DNA of 60,872 nucleotides, filler included. It is 8 parts of 8 records of this genome, joined end to end, with 100 filler letters (N's around TTAATTAATTAA, not from the genome) between each part and the next. Parts side by side here need not be neighbours in the genome. Positions count along the whole stretch, not along the records: positions 1 to 10,402 come from SRR31156797_38724; positions 10,503 to 16,642 come from SRR31156797_38728; positions 16,743 to 23,020 come from SRR31156797_38765; 5 more parts are not named here. One strand, written 5' to 3'. Shown here piece after piece: positions 8,836 to 19,434 of the stretch. The translations under genes were made by a program, and so were the position numbers. Position 1 is the stretch's first letter. Every line of letters begins with the position of its first letter. The notes under the pieces are model-generated. The model made no database searches, was not told where the DNA came from, and saw nothing but the letters and a program-made list of their open reading frames with translations.

Positions 8836-10316
8836 TGGGGAAGAACGATAATAAGAAAAAATTTAGCCGTTTATTTTGGCAGATATCAGCCATCTTTTTA
8901 ATTGTATTGGTGGTGTTTGCAAGTATAGCAGGATATATAGCGGTGCAGGCAGCCCAAACCTATTCGGTCGAAGTGAATCAAAACCTGAACAGGGAGCTGG
9001 CCAAAAATACGGTTAATGTTATTAAGCCCGAATTCAAAAATGGAGTGGTTAATAAAGCGGCTATTGAAGATATAGTCCATTCTATGATGGTGATAAACCC
9101 AAGTGTGGAGGTGTATTTATTAAATACCAAAGGCAAGATATTGAGCTATGTTGCACCGGATAAAGTGGTCAAGTTAAAGGAGGTTTCTTTAAGTCCAATT
9201 CAGCAGTTTTTAAGCGATACACAGGGTAAGATAATTTATGGTGACGATCCCAGAAATCCGGGCGATAAAAAGATATTTTCGGCTGCTGAAGTCTGGGAGG
9301 ATAATATCCTTACCGGATATGTGTATATCGTCCTGGCTAGTCAGGAATATGTTTCTGCGTCGCATATGGTTTTGGGTAGCTATATTATGGCCTTAACAAC
9401 CAAGTCGATGGTGGCTATATTAATTGTTACAGCCATGGTGGGATTGTTTTTGCTATGGATCATTACTAAAAAGTTGAATACCATTACCAACGGAATAGAG
9501 CGTTTTCGTTCCGGTGATTTAACTTCCCGAATTCCAGTTGAAAACAAAAATGAGCTGGATAATATAGCCATTGTCTTTAACGAAATGGCCGGAACTATCG
9601 AGAAAAACATCGAAGAATTAAAAGGTATCGATAAACTCAGAAAAGAGTTGATTAGTAATGTGTCTCATGATTTACGAACGCCTATTGCTTCAATTCAGGG
9701 ATATGCCGAAACATTGCTGATTAAAAAAGACACCATTAAAACCGAAGAGAATGAAAAGTATCTGAAAGTGATTTATAATAGCTGTGAGCGTTTGCAAAAG
9801 ATGGTGGATGATTTATTTCAGCTATCAAAACTGGAAGCCAAGCAGGTAGCTTTGCATAAAGAGGTTTTCTCTATTGCTGAGCTGGTGAATGATGTGGCTG
9901 GTAAATATCGTTTGCTATCACAAAAAAAAGGTATTAGCATCAATGCATTTGTAGCTAAAGATACGCCATTGGCGGAAGGAGATATATCATTGTTGGATAG
10001 GGTTTTACAGAATTTAATAGATAATGCGATACGATTTTGTAAAGAAGGGGATTATATTAATATAGAAGTGGAAAGGGGAGATGATCAGCATGTGAAACTA
10101 AGTATTGCCGACTCAGGCGAAGGAATTAATAAAGAATCATTGCCATTTATTTTTGAACGTTATTATATAGGAGATGAATACAAACAATCTTCAGGTTTGG
10201 GTTTGGCCATTGTAAAACGAATTATGGATTTACACCATTCTACCATTGAAGTTCAGAGTATAAAAGGAAAAGGAACCCGGTTTACATTTGACTTACCTAT
10301 TGCCAATATCGCTTAA
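8835..10316 (+). CDS. HAMP-domain sensor histidine kinase
   Basis: Two TM segments, HAMP, H-box SHDLRTP, N-box NLIDNA, G-boxes DSGEG and GLGLAI; TAATG overlap with the regulator. Confidence 0.95.
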   Translation: MGKNDNKKKFSRLFWQISAIFLIVLVVFASIAGYIAVQAAQTYSVEVNQNLNRELAKNTVNVIKPEFKNGVVNKAAIEDIVHSMMVINPSVEVYLLNTKGKILSYVAPDKVVKLKEVSLSPIQQFLSDTQGKIIYGDDPRNPGDKKIFSAAEVWEDNILTGYVYIVLASQEYVSASHMVLGSYIMALTTKSMVAILIVTAMVGLFLLWIITKKLNTITNGIERFRSGDLTSRIPVENKNELDNIAIVFNEMAGTIEKNIEELKGIDKLRKELISNVSHDLRTPIASIQGYAETLLIKKDTIKTEENEKYLKVIYNSCERLQKMVDDLFQLSKLEAKQVALHKEVFSIAELVNDVAGKYRLLSQKKGISINAFVAKDTPLAEGDISLLDRVLQNLIDNAIRFCKEGDYINIEVERGDDQHVKLSIADSGEGINKESLPFIFERYYIGDEYKQSSGLGLAIVKRIMDLHHSTIEVQSIKGKGTRFTFDLPIANIA

Positions 10317-10353
10317 TTATTAACTGGTTAATCAGCACAATTATAATAATATT

Positions 10354-10370
10354 CAACTCCGCTGGAGTTG
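10354..10370. repeat. REP-like palindrome
   Basis: CAACTCC-GCT-GGAGTTG perfect 7-bp stem, 32 nt before the contig end. Confidence 0.45.
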
Positions 10371-10402
10371 TTAAATAATAACTAATCAACAATTCTATAA
10401 AT

Positions 10403-10502
10403 NNNNNNNNNNNNNNNNNNNNNNNNNNNNNNNNNNNNNNNNNNNNTTAATTAATTAANNNNNNNNNNNNNNNNNNNNNNNNNNNNNNNNNNNNNNNNNN
10501 NN
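10403..10502. other. Artificial contig linker
   Basis: 44 N + TTAATTAATTAA (stops in all six frames) + 44 N. Confidence 0.99.
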
Positions 10503-12470
10503 ACGTGATACATCAGCACCATACGTGTCCACTGCTTCCTTTAGGGTGAGTATGGGTCCCTTGGACTTGCTCATCTTCTGTCCTTCAAGTGACACGAATC
10601 CGTTCACTGCAAGGGCACGTGGCCATTTATCCTCTTCAAATATGGCAACGTGGTGGAACAGGAAGAACAACAGGTGATTTGGTACAAGGTCCTTTCCTGA
10701 TGATCTCAGGTCAACCGGATACCAGTAGTCGAAATCTGACTTGATATTGGCGATAAGGGTTTCAGGAATTCCTGTATCAATGGCTGCCTGCTGGACGGAA
10801 CCTTTTCCAAGGAGCACATAATCAAAGAGTGAGGGTTTTAACTGGTCTACGCTGATGTCCTCATTGGCAAAGAACTTGTTAGTGATATAATATGACATGT
10901 AAATGGTAGAGTCACCAAGTGATTCAATCAGCCAGTTTGTATCGAATGGAAGCAGGGTACCAAGTCCTTTCTTCCTTGCACATGCTTTGTCCTTGAGCCA
11001 GTCCACTTTGTTGTTGAACTCAACCCTGATCTCCTCAGGGATGATGTCCATGTTCTTTATGCACCTGTAGACTTTGTCCTTCCATTCGGGATTGGAATAG
11101 TTGAGGAACCACTGTCCTTTGACCATGTTAACGACACATTTGGTTCCGCAGCGGCACACTACAGGTTCACTGAATTCATAAAATATCTCTCCAATGCCTT
11201 CTTCAAGGAGGTCACGTGTGAGTATGTCCTTAATCTTTGAGACTGCAACCCCTGCATATTTGCCAGTGTTCTCTTTCAGGACACCACCATGGAACTCACG
11301 GCGATATACCATCTTTGTAGCTTCTTCTGCTTTAGGGTCTTTCTGGTTCTTCACACCAAGCTGTTCCACAGCTTCCACTGCCGGATATTCTCCGAATTCC
11401 TTAGCCTTTATGAGTGATATAAGTTCGATATCCCTGAGATCCTCAGTGATGCCATATTCTGACAGGTCACTGTCATAGAGATCTTTGAGTGCCAGATAGT
11501 CATAAGGTGCGTGAGCCGGTACACTCATGACAACACCACTGCCGTTACCGGGTTTGACAAAGGATGCAGGCAGTGTGATAATCTCATTTCCTGAGAGTGG
11601 GTTTGTGACCTTAATACCTACAAGGTCCTTTCCGGGTACGTTCTCAATGAACTCAACTGTCCTGTCGGTAAATGTGAGTTTGTAGTATGCTTCCTGGCTT
11701 ACCACCCATATTTCCTCACGTCCGTCCTTGCTGACCTTTATCTTTGCGTGTTCGATCTCAGGATTTACCCAGAGGTTGGTGACGCCAAAGATGGTCTCAG
11801 GTCTGAGGGTAGCACATGGAAGTATCATTCCGTCATACTGGAATTTAATAAAAGTGAAATCAACAATGGTTGCTTCCTCACCGTGGAGGATATCATGGTC
11901 TTCCACCGGATTGTTGTCGTTGGGACACCATTTGACGGGGTGTGCACCTTTCACGATGAGTCCCTTGTCATGGAGAAGGTTGAACTGCCATTCAATGAAC
12001 TTTTTATATGTATCATCGGTGGTTGTGAACTTGCGCCTCCAGTCGATGGAATATCCGATGGAGCGCATGGCTTTTTCAGCTTCCACGCTGAAGTAATCGA
12101 CTATCTTCTCTGGCTCATTTAGTGTAACAAGAATGTCGTCAGGTATTCCGTGCAGGCGGGAATATACATCCATTGTCTGCGGATCCTGCGTGTCAATGAG
12201 CTCTGCAAGTCCCACAATAGGTGTTCCTGTAACATGGAAACCCATAGGGTAAAGTACATTGTATCCAAGCATTCTCTTGTGCCTGGCAATAACATCTCCT
12301 ATTGTGAAAGTCCTGGTGTGCCCGGCGTGTAAATTGCCGTTTAAGTATGGATATGGGATGGTTACGAAGTATTTTTCCCTTTCATCTGGCTCAGGCTCAA
12401 ATATCCTGCTCTCATTCCAACGGCTTTGCCATTTGTTTTCTATTCCCTGTGCATCATAATCCTGTTCCAT
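10503..12470 (-). CDS. leuS: Leucine--tRNA ligase, archaeal type (3' truncated)
   Basis: PYPYLNGNLHAGH (HIGH), ATLRPET, GKDLVPNHL, KMSKS; SD GAGGTG supports ATG at 12470. Confidence 0.96.
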
Positions 12471-12745
12471 TGTTAGCACCTCACACCGGACCTAAATAAC
12501 TTCAAGAGTCCATTACATAAACTCATTCATGTATGATATTAAGTTTCTGTACCAACCTGACAGGAAATTATCCTATTTCCATAAGTCTGGATCAAACAGG
12601 ATAGTTGGTAAGAACTCTCAGGCGATACATTGATTGTTTATTCAGCAGTGTTTCAAGTGGTAATAAGTAACAACCTACATAAAGCACACGGAAAAGCAAT
12701 ATGTATCTGCTGGCAAGGATACTTGTGCACAGGTAGTGTGGCAGA

Positions 12746-12916
12746 TCACTCGTTGTATGAGTCCCACAGTCGGACCATTTGTTCTCCACAGAAAGGGCAA
12801 CAGATATTAAGATCGCCACAGCTATTGCATGGAATCACTACTTCTCTGAAGTAGCCGCAGTTATGGCACTTATAGCTCTTTCCTTTGGGAGTTTCATTTT
12901 CAATTTGTATGCTCAT
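12746..12916 (-). CDS. 56-aa Cys-rich zinc-finger/zinc-ribbon protein (absent from ORF track)
   Basis: Hand translation MSIQIENETPKGKSYKCHNCGYFREVVIPCNSCGDLNICCPFCGEQMVRLWDSYNE*; three CxxCG motifs; GGGAG just upstream of the ATG. Confidence 0.75.
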   Translation of the reverse strand: MSIQIENETPKGKSYKCHNCGYFREVVIPCNSCGDLNICCPFCGEQMVRLWDSYNE

Positions 12917-13043
12917 TTTCTCCCATTCTCCATTTTAACATTGAATTCCAAATGAGATAAAGTTAACTAGTTGCACAATAATATATTTTTATTTACATCC
13001 TGACCGTTATACTTATTCTCGATCATCCTGTAATCCTTGTTAT

Positions 13044-13553
13044 ATGGAATATACGATCATAGGTGGCTCTCTATATGTTGAGAATGTACCTGAATTTCTT
13101 GCAAGGTTAAGGTCCGTCTCTTCATCTCATAATACTATTATACAGGCAATGGATGCTAACAGGATAGCCGGGGAAGACCACGTGACATTCGCTATTCACA
13201 AAGCGCTGCGTGCAATAGAAAACAACTCGAATGTGGCACACGATACCGGCATAGAGATAATGAGGTACGCTTCCGGAAAAAGACAGATAGGAGAAGCTTT
13301 TTCCATGGGTGTTCATGAAGGGCAGATGAACGTTGTTTTTGTTGTCCTCGGGGAAATCGAAGATGTAAACAATACTGTCGATGCATTGGCATCTATTGTT
13401 GAGGAAGCTCCTGTGCTGGAATATTCTGATTCTAAAAGAGCAGGTATAACCGAGCAATTCTCCATAACAGAAAAAGAGATCCAGGCTGTGGGAGAGGCGA
13501 TGATTTCTTCCCTTGTACTGGAAAGGGTAGCTCTTGTTGATGTCCTGAAATAA
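13044..13553 (+). CDS. cgi121: KEOPS complex subunit Cgi121
   Basis: IQAMDA...GEDHV...EIMRYASGKRQI...MG...LVLERVAL pattern. Confidence 0.9.
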   Translation: MEYTIIGGSLYVENVPEFLARLRSVSSSHNTIIQAMDANRIAGEDHVTFAIHKALRAIENNSNVAHDTGIEIMRYASGKRQIGEAFSMGVHEGQMNVVFVVLGEIEDVNNTVDALASIVEEAPVLEYSDSKRAGITEQFSITEKEIQAVGEAMISSLVLERVALVDVLK

Positions 13554-13657
13554 ACTTTTCATTATAACCTGTTCTTCGAAAATCTAATATAGAAACCATT
13601 AATACATGTGCTATTAAATTCCTTACTGTCATAAAATAAAATCAGGAAATGATAATT

Positions 13658-14749
13658 ATGCCTCATCCTAAAACAGCTGAAGAGATGACCAAATGTGCCG
13701 GACCTATTGAAAATGCCCTTCTGCCACGATTATTACATGTTACTGAAGCAGCAGCTATCGCAGCTTCCCATCAGATGGGTCGTGGTGACAAGAATTATTC
13801 TGATCAGGTTTCCGTGGAGGCCATGCGCAGGACGTTGAATGACCTTGATATGAAAGGTATTATAAAGATTGGCGAGGGAGAGCGTGACGAAGCTCCAATG
13901 CTTTTCATAGGCGAGGAAGTAGGTACCGGACAGGGTGATCTTGAGGTAGATATCGCTGTTGATCCGCTTGAAGGTACCAATCTGGCAGCCGACGGAACAC
14001 CGGGTGCTATTTCAGTTATGGCCATGGCTGAAAGGGATGGTCTCTTCCATGGTCCTGACATATATATGGATAAAATAGTCGTGGGTTCTGAGGTAGTGAA
14101 GTACGAAAAAGAACATCCTGATGAAAAAATAGATCTTGATGCCCCTGTGATTAAGAACCTGGAGATCGTTGCAAAGGCTCTCAACAGGAGCGTGGATGAG
14201 CTTGTGGTTGTCATCCTTGAAAGGGAGAGGCATGAGGAAAAGATCAAGGAGATTAGGTCAACCGGTGCCAGGGTCAATGTAATTAGTGACGGTGATCTGA
14301 TGCCTGGAGTTGCAACTGCTATTCGTGGGTCCGGTATCCACATGGTGCTTGGTGCAGGCGGATCTGGTGAGGCGGTGCTCACTGCAGCAGCTATCAAAGT
14401 ACTTGGTGGTAAGATTCTTGCAAGGCTTGTTCTGCCTACTGTTGCCAATGGCGGTACTCCCGAGGAGATTGCTGAGGAGAAGGCAGAGAAGATGCCAAGA
14501 CTTGAGAAGATGGGCATCACTGAAGAGAACATCAATGATATCCTTGACACCGAAAGACTGGCTCCGGGAAAGGACATAATCTTCTCCGCAACCGGTGTAA
14601 CAACTGGTTTCCTTTTAAAGGGTGTGAATCTTTTCGGTGAAGGCGACGCAAGAGCAAACAGTCTTACCATGGGAAGTTCGGGTGTTGTCAAGTTCACAGA
14701 TACTATCTATATTAATGACAAGGAAAAGACTCCTCTGAGATTTATCTGA
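13658..14749 (+). CDS. glpX: Class II fructose-1,6-bisphosphatase
   Basis: VTEAAAI, IGEGERDEAPML, DIAVDPLEGT, YMDK, DGD, FSATGVT; start may instead be 13649. Confidence 0.93.
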   Translation: MPHPKTAEEMTKCAGPIENALLPRLLHVTEAAAIAASHQMGRGDKNYSDQVSVEAMRRTLNDLDMKGIIKIGEGERDEAPMLFIGEEVGTGQGDLEVDIAVDPLEGTNLAADGTPGAISVMAMAERDGLFHGPDIYMDKIVVGSEVVKYEKEHPDEKIDLDAPVIKNLEIVAKALNRSVDELVVVILERERHEEKIKEIRSTGARVNVISDGDLMPGVATAIRGSGIHMVLGAGGSGEAVLTAAAIKVLGGKILARLVLPTVANGGTPEEIAEEKAEKMPRLEKMGITEENINDILDTERLAPGKDIIFSATGVTTGFLLKGVNLFGEGDARANSLTMGSSGVVKFTDTIYINDKEKTPLRFI

Positions 14750-14775
14750 CCCCTGTGTGACCCTATATATTTGAA

Positions 14776-16050
14776 ATGAAAGTACATATCTCGACCTACG
14801 GCTGTTCTGCAAGTCAGGCATCAGCCGAGATCATGAAGGCAAGTGTCAGGGACAGCGGGCATGAGCTTGTCCCTGAGAAAGATGCCGAAGTAGTTGTTAT
14901 CAATACCTGTACTGTGAAGTATACCACCGAGCAGAAGATCCTTCATAAGATCAGGGATTTTGGTGAGAAAGGTGTTCAGGTAATAGTCTCAGGATGTATG
15001 CCTGAGGTGCAACTTGAGGATATAATGCACCAGAATCCCAATGCCCATATACTTGGTGTGAATTCGATCTCAAGACTGGGGCAGATGCTTGATTCTCTGT
15101 CATCTGCAGGAGGGAGTGTTAAGGTATTTCTGCAGGAACCTGAAGGCTTCCAGATGGTTCCAAGGATCAGGTACAATTCTAATATCCATATCTGTCAGTT
15201 GTCCCAAGGCTGCAATTATGCCTGTGCTTATTGTATAGTTACTGTTGCACGTGGTAGCTTGCGTTCTTTTGAACCAAGTGAAATAGTTGAGGATGTAAGG
15301 AGAGCTGTGGAGGAAGGATGTCGAGAGATCTGGCTCACTTCACAGGATAACGGTCAGTATGGGACCGACAAGGATGTTCTTCTCCCTGAACTGCTTGGAA
15401 TGATATGCCAGATTCCGGGCCAGTTCAAGATAAGGGTCGGGATGATGAATCCGTTCTCTGTGACGCCGATACTTGATGACCTGCTTGATGCATTTGAGGA
15501 TGAGAAGATATACAGGTTCCTGCATCTTCCTATACAAACTGCTTCTAATGATGTGCTGGAGAATATGAACAGGTATCATTCGATATCCGAAGCAAACATT
15601 ATTATTGAAAAGTTCAGGGACAGATTTCCTGATATGACGCTTTTTACTGATCTCATAGTTGGTTATCCTGGTGAAACGGATGCGGATATCAAAAAGACCA
15701 TTGAATGGGTAAAGGAATACAGGCCAGAGAAGGTGAATATCTCCCGCTTTACTCCAAGGCCGCATACAAAGGCGTGGGACCTTCGGAAGATCGACTCACG
15801 CATAATAGTGAACAGGTCCAATGAGCTGCATGAGGTCTGTGAGGCTGTCAAGCTTGAGTCAAGGGAAGATGTGATTGGCAGGGAGCTTGATGTTTTCCTG
15901 TCAAAGCCTGCAAAACAGAAGGGTATGATGGCACGCACCGATTCCTACAAGCCAGTGGTAATTCCAGAATGTGACCTTGAGCCTGGTATTACGTGCAGGG
16001 TGCACATATACGATGCAACACCGGGCTATTTCCTTGGGAGGATAGTATAA
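14776..16050 (+). CDS. tRNA t6A37 methylthiotransferase (archaeal e-MtaB/CDKAL1-like radical SAM)
   Basis: UPF0004 cysteines (YGC, NTCTVK, SGC), CxxxCxxC GCNYACAYC, RVGMMNP, C-terminal TRAM-like region. Confidence 0.88.
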   Translation: MKVHISTYGCSASQASAEIMKASVRDSGHELVPEKDAEVVVINTCTVKYTTEQKILHKIRDFGEKGVQVIVSGCMPEVQLEDIMHQNPNAHILGVNSISRLGQMLDSLSSAGGSVKVFLQEPEGFQMVPRIRYNSNIHICQLSQGCNYACAYCIVTVARGSLRSFEPSEIVEDVRRAVEEGCREIWLTSQDNGQYGTDKDVLLPELLGMICQIPGQFKIRVGMMNPFSVTPILDDLLDAFEDEKIYRFLHLPIQTASNDVLENMNRYHSISEANIIIEKFRDRFPDMTLFTDLIVGYPGETDADIKKTIEWVKEYRPEKVNISRFTPRPHTKAWDLRKIDSRIIVNRSNELHEVCEAVKLESREDVIGRELDVFLSKPAKQKGMMARTDSYKPVVIPECDLEPGITCRVHIYDATPGYFLGRIV

Positions 16051-16085
16051 CAGTTAATTACAGCTTTGTTTAGAGATTTCTTGTT

Positions 16086-16642
16086 TCATAGCTGTTCGTT
16101 CTGCTCTTTTATCTCTCTTCTTTGAAGTCTCTGAACCTTGTCAACTATCTTCTTGTCATACATCTTGACGATATCACTGCGGGTTATTATTCCCAGCAGT
16201 TTTTTGTTGTCACTTCTTGATACTACCGGAAGTCTTCCTATATCCCTTGCAGCAAGACGTTTCAGGACAGTGTTGAGATTCTCATCGAGGTAGGCGACTT
16301 CTACATCCTTGCTGGCTATCTCATTTATGTTCTTTTCAAGTTCATCGTGTCCCACCTTGTCCCTCAGATCTTTGAGTGTTACCATTCCGCAGAGCCTGCC
16401 ATTAGAGTCAAGTACAGGGAATCCTGCATGTCTGCTGGATTGCATCAGGGATACAAGCGCACCAACGTTCTTGTTCTCGGAAACTGTCTGAACGTTATGT
16501 TTCATGGCGTCCCTGACAAGGAGTGATTCCATGATGTCGACTTCTCTTCCTTTTCTAATGGTGAAGCCACGGCGGTGAAGTCCCTCGGTAAAGATGGATT
16601 CGCTGTTCATGGAACTTGACACAACATTGCTGATGACACAGG
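16086..16642 (-). CDS. C-terminal CBS-pair fragment, probably of a ClC chloride channel (5' truncated)
   Basis: ESIFT motif preceding two CBS domains (GFPVLD, RLPVV...GIITRSD); frame is open to the contig edge. Confidence 0.75.
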
Positions 16643-16742
16643 NNNNNNNNNNNNNNNNNNNNNNNNNNNNNNNNNNNNNNNNNNNNTTAATTAATTAANN
16701 NNNNNNNNNNNNNNNNNNNNNNNNNNNNNNNNNNNNNNNNNN
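16643..16742. other. Artificial contig linker
   Basis: 44 N + TTAATTAATTAA + 44 N. Confidence 0.99.
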
Positions 16743-17984
16743 GCCCCGGGTGCCGTCGGCCAGGATCACCCAGTCATTTCGCTTGCAGGGGAACCAGGGC
16801 TCGCTTTTATGGAAGGGCCGGGAGACTTGATCCATCAATTCCTCAATGGGCACCCTCAGGGTCACTCCAAGATAGGGATTTTCAAGCCGGGTGAACACAT
16901 TGATGCTTTTGACCAGCCAGGGAACCCCGTGATAGATGATCCGCTCCCCCTCCCTGACAGCGCCGATGTTGAGCATGAGCCGGCTCTGGTGCCAGAATCG
17001 CGGCAGGGTATTCTTGGCCGCCCACCCGACGCCGAGGAGGAAAAGAATGGTCAGGGAGAGCAGCACCCAATCCTCAAATATATAAAATACCAGGATCAGG
17101 ACAAACAGGGTCAGCACCAGGGTCAGCACCCGGAAGACAAGATCGATGGCCCGGATATGAAACGGCCTGTATTTGGCGGTATATCCCGGTAGAATCTTCA
17201 TGGTCAAAAGGTACAGGAACCGCAGAAACAGCACCAGTCCGGCACAGGCGGCCACGGCAATGAAAAGAAACAGGCCCCGGGTCCTGAAAAAGATTTTAAT
17301 GGAGTCCTGGGTGGAGTCAATCAATGACTGTTCCTTGGCCTCCATCTCCGCCAGCTGCATTTCGGTGATTTCCAGCTTGTTCCGGATCTGGTTTTCCACC
17401 CCTTCCCACTCGGGCATCAGCTTTTTGATGTTTTTCTTCAGCTCTTTATCATCCGTCTGAGCGAGCAGTTCCCGGATATTTTCATTGGCATCCCGGGCAA
17501 CGGGGACCCGCTTCTGGTAAAACGACAACTCGTCCTTGAGTTTTGTTTTCTGCCTGGCCTTGACCGTAATTCGTTTGAGTTCCTTGATCCCGGGCTCAAC
17601 AAGGGAGATCAGTTCATTTTTCCAGTTAAACTGCTCCGCTTTTTTCTCCGCAAACAACCCCACATCCACGCCGGTGGCGATTCGCTCAAAATCGACACTG
17701 GCGCCTGCCAGCATTTTATCCAGCTTTTTCAGCTCCGCCGTAAGCGTTGCCTTTTCCGTTTCGGAGGTGCTCTTTTTAAGCTGGGACTGTTTCTCGGAGA
17801 TTCGCTGGTTCAGGCTTTTTTTCAGCTCAATGATGGAAAGGAGCATTTTAATGGACGACCCGTCCCGATCCGATACGGCCTCTCCCCCTGCCGGAGATTC
17901 GGGATCACTGGCCAGCGCGGCCGGATTGCCCCCGGAACAGATCAAACAAACGAGACTTAAAACAACGATAATTCTCAAATACAT
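16743..17984 (-). CDS. Membrane protein with periplasmic coiled coil and MscS-like region (3' truncated)
   Basis: Signal peptide, long heptad-rich helix, TM helices, then GAVREGERI..GVPWLVKSIN resembling the MscS beta domain. Confidence 0.6.
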
Positions 17985-18037
17985 ATGATTTCATTTCTCC
18001 AATGGATTGGTGTCATTACAAATTGCGGCCCATGGAA

Positions 18038-18544
18038 TCAATCGGAACAGGCTGCGATATTCTCCTGGCAGATTTTCTCGCTTCTCTTCTCGACAAGCCG
18101 GGATTCCCGGCGCCTTTGGGCTTCCCTGTTCCGCCGTTTCTGACTGGCTGTTTTCAGATCGAGGCCCGGCACCTCAACGGGCTTGAAATCCTCCCCAAGG
18201 GCCACAAAGGTGAGATAGGCCGATGCCGTATGGGTCAAGTTGCCGGAAAGAATATCTTCGGTCTCCACACGGACACCGATCTCCATGGAGGTCTTTCCCA
18301 CATGGTTGATGCTCGCCTTAAAGGTCACCAGATTGCCGATTTGAACGGGATTGTGAAAATCCAGCCTGTCAATGGAGGCGGTCACACAGATTTTCCGGGT
18401 GTGCCTGCAGGCCACCACGCCTGCCGCGTTGTCAATCAGTTTCATGATCACACCGCCATGGACCAGTCCGGCCGGGTTGGCATCCTGGGGCAGCATCACC
18501 TGTGAAAGGGTTACAGCGCTTTCTTCAACGGTTTTCAAATCCAT
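18038..18544 (-). CDS. Acyl-CoA thioesterase (YciA-like hotdog fold)
   Basis: PQDANPAGLVHGG...IDNAAG...VTAS...TSMEIGVRV...TFVAL. Confidence 0.92.
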   Translation of the reverse strand: MDLKTVEESAVTLSQVMLPQDANPAGLVHGGVIMKLIDNAAGVVACRHTRKICVTASIDRLDFHNPVQIGNLVTFKASINHVGKTSMEIGVRVETEDILSGNLTHTASAYLTFVALGEDFKPVEVPGLDLKTASQKRRNREAQRRRESRLVEKRSEKICQENIAACSD

Positions 18545-18774
18545 ATTATCTCCTTTTTCGTTGGCGTCCCCCGGGGTGTCGGGATGGGTTTCTTACATGC
18601 TCCTTTTAATACAACAACCGGAATGCATTGTACAACATGAATCAAAATTTCAGGATGTTCCGTCAAAATATTGATATGGCCCCTGCAAAATGATATAGAT
18701 CCACGCTTAAAAAAAAGCAGGACACCCCGATTTTCGGGATAATGTACATAACGAATTTTAAGGAAGATCAAATA

Positions 18775-19356
18775 ATGAGCGTAGAAAACGAATTACAGGC
18801 CCGCAGCGAATCCAAATGTGAACTTTGCGGCGCAACAGACAGCCTGGGTGTATATGAAGTACCCCCCACGTCAGACGGCAGCGTGGACCAGTGTGTGCTG
18901 ATCTGTGATACCTGCCGGGGGCAGATCGAAGATCCGAAAAAGATCGACGTTCACCACTGGCATTGCCTCAACGACAGCATGTGGACCCAGGTACCCGCCG
19001 TACAGGTGATGGCATGGCGCATGCTGAAGCGCCTGAGCACCGAAAGCTGGGCCCAGGATCTGCTGGATATGCTCTATCTGGAAGACGAGACCCGGGCCTG
19101 GGCCGAAGCAATGGGCGAAGACGCCGCCGAGGAAGATACCGCCAAGCGCGTGGACTGCAACGGCGCCCCCCTTACGGCAGGCGATACGGTAACCCTGATC
19201 AAGGATCTGGTGGTAAAAGGCGGGGGCTTCACGGCCAAGCGCGGCACCGCCGTGCGCAACATCTCCCTTGTGCAGGATAACCCCGAGCAGATCGAAGGAC
19301 GGGTAAACGGCATGCAGATCGTCATCCTGACAAAATACATCAAGAAAGCAAAATAG
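18775..19356 (+). CDS. PhnA-domain zinc-ribbon protein
   Basis: CELC and CDTC; C-terminal DCNG..L.AGDTVTLIKDL.VKG..FTAKRGT. Confidence 0.88.
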   Translation: MSVENELQARSESKCELCGATDSLGVYEVPPTSDGSVDQCVLICDTCRGQIEDPKKIDVHHWHCLNDSMWTQVPAVQVMAWRMLKRLSTESWAQDLLDMLYLEDETRAWAEAMGEDAAEEDTAKRVDCNGAPLTAGDTVTLIKDLVVKGGGFTAKRGTAVRNISLVQDNPEQIEGRVNGMQIVILTKYIKKAK

Positions 19357-19372
19357 CGATCCCCCATTCCTC

Positions 19373-19411
19373 AAAGGGCCTTCCGCTTTTTACGTAAACC
19401 GGAAGGCCTTT
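19373..19411. terminator. Probable bidirectional terminator hairpin
   Basis: GGCCTTCCG / CGGAAGGCC stem between convergent genes. Confidence 0.6.
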
Positions 19412-19434
19412 GGGTTCCCATCCGAATGATGACC

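Noticed and set aside
10447-10458. TTAATTAATTAA recurring seven times
   Set aside because: Always centred in N padding; a synthetic six-frame stop linker, not a biological repeat
12592-12854. ORF-track calls of 75 aa and 74 aa
   Set aside because: Both overlap the better supported 56-aa CxxC gene at 12746-12916 and lack motifs
18638-18652. TGAATCAAAATTTCA dyad upstream of the acyl-CoA thioesterase
   Set aside because: Only 4-bp arms and no second copy found; cannot be told from chance
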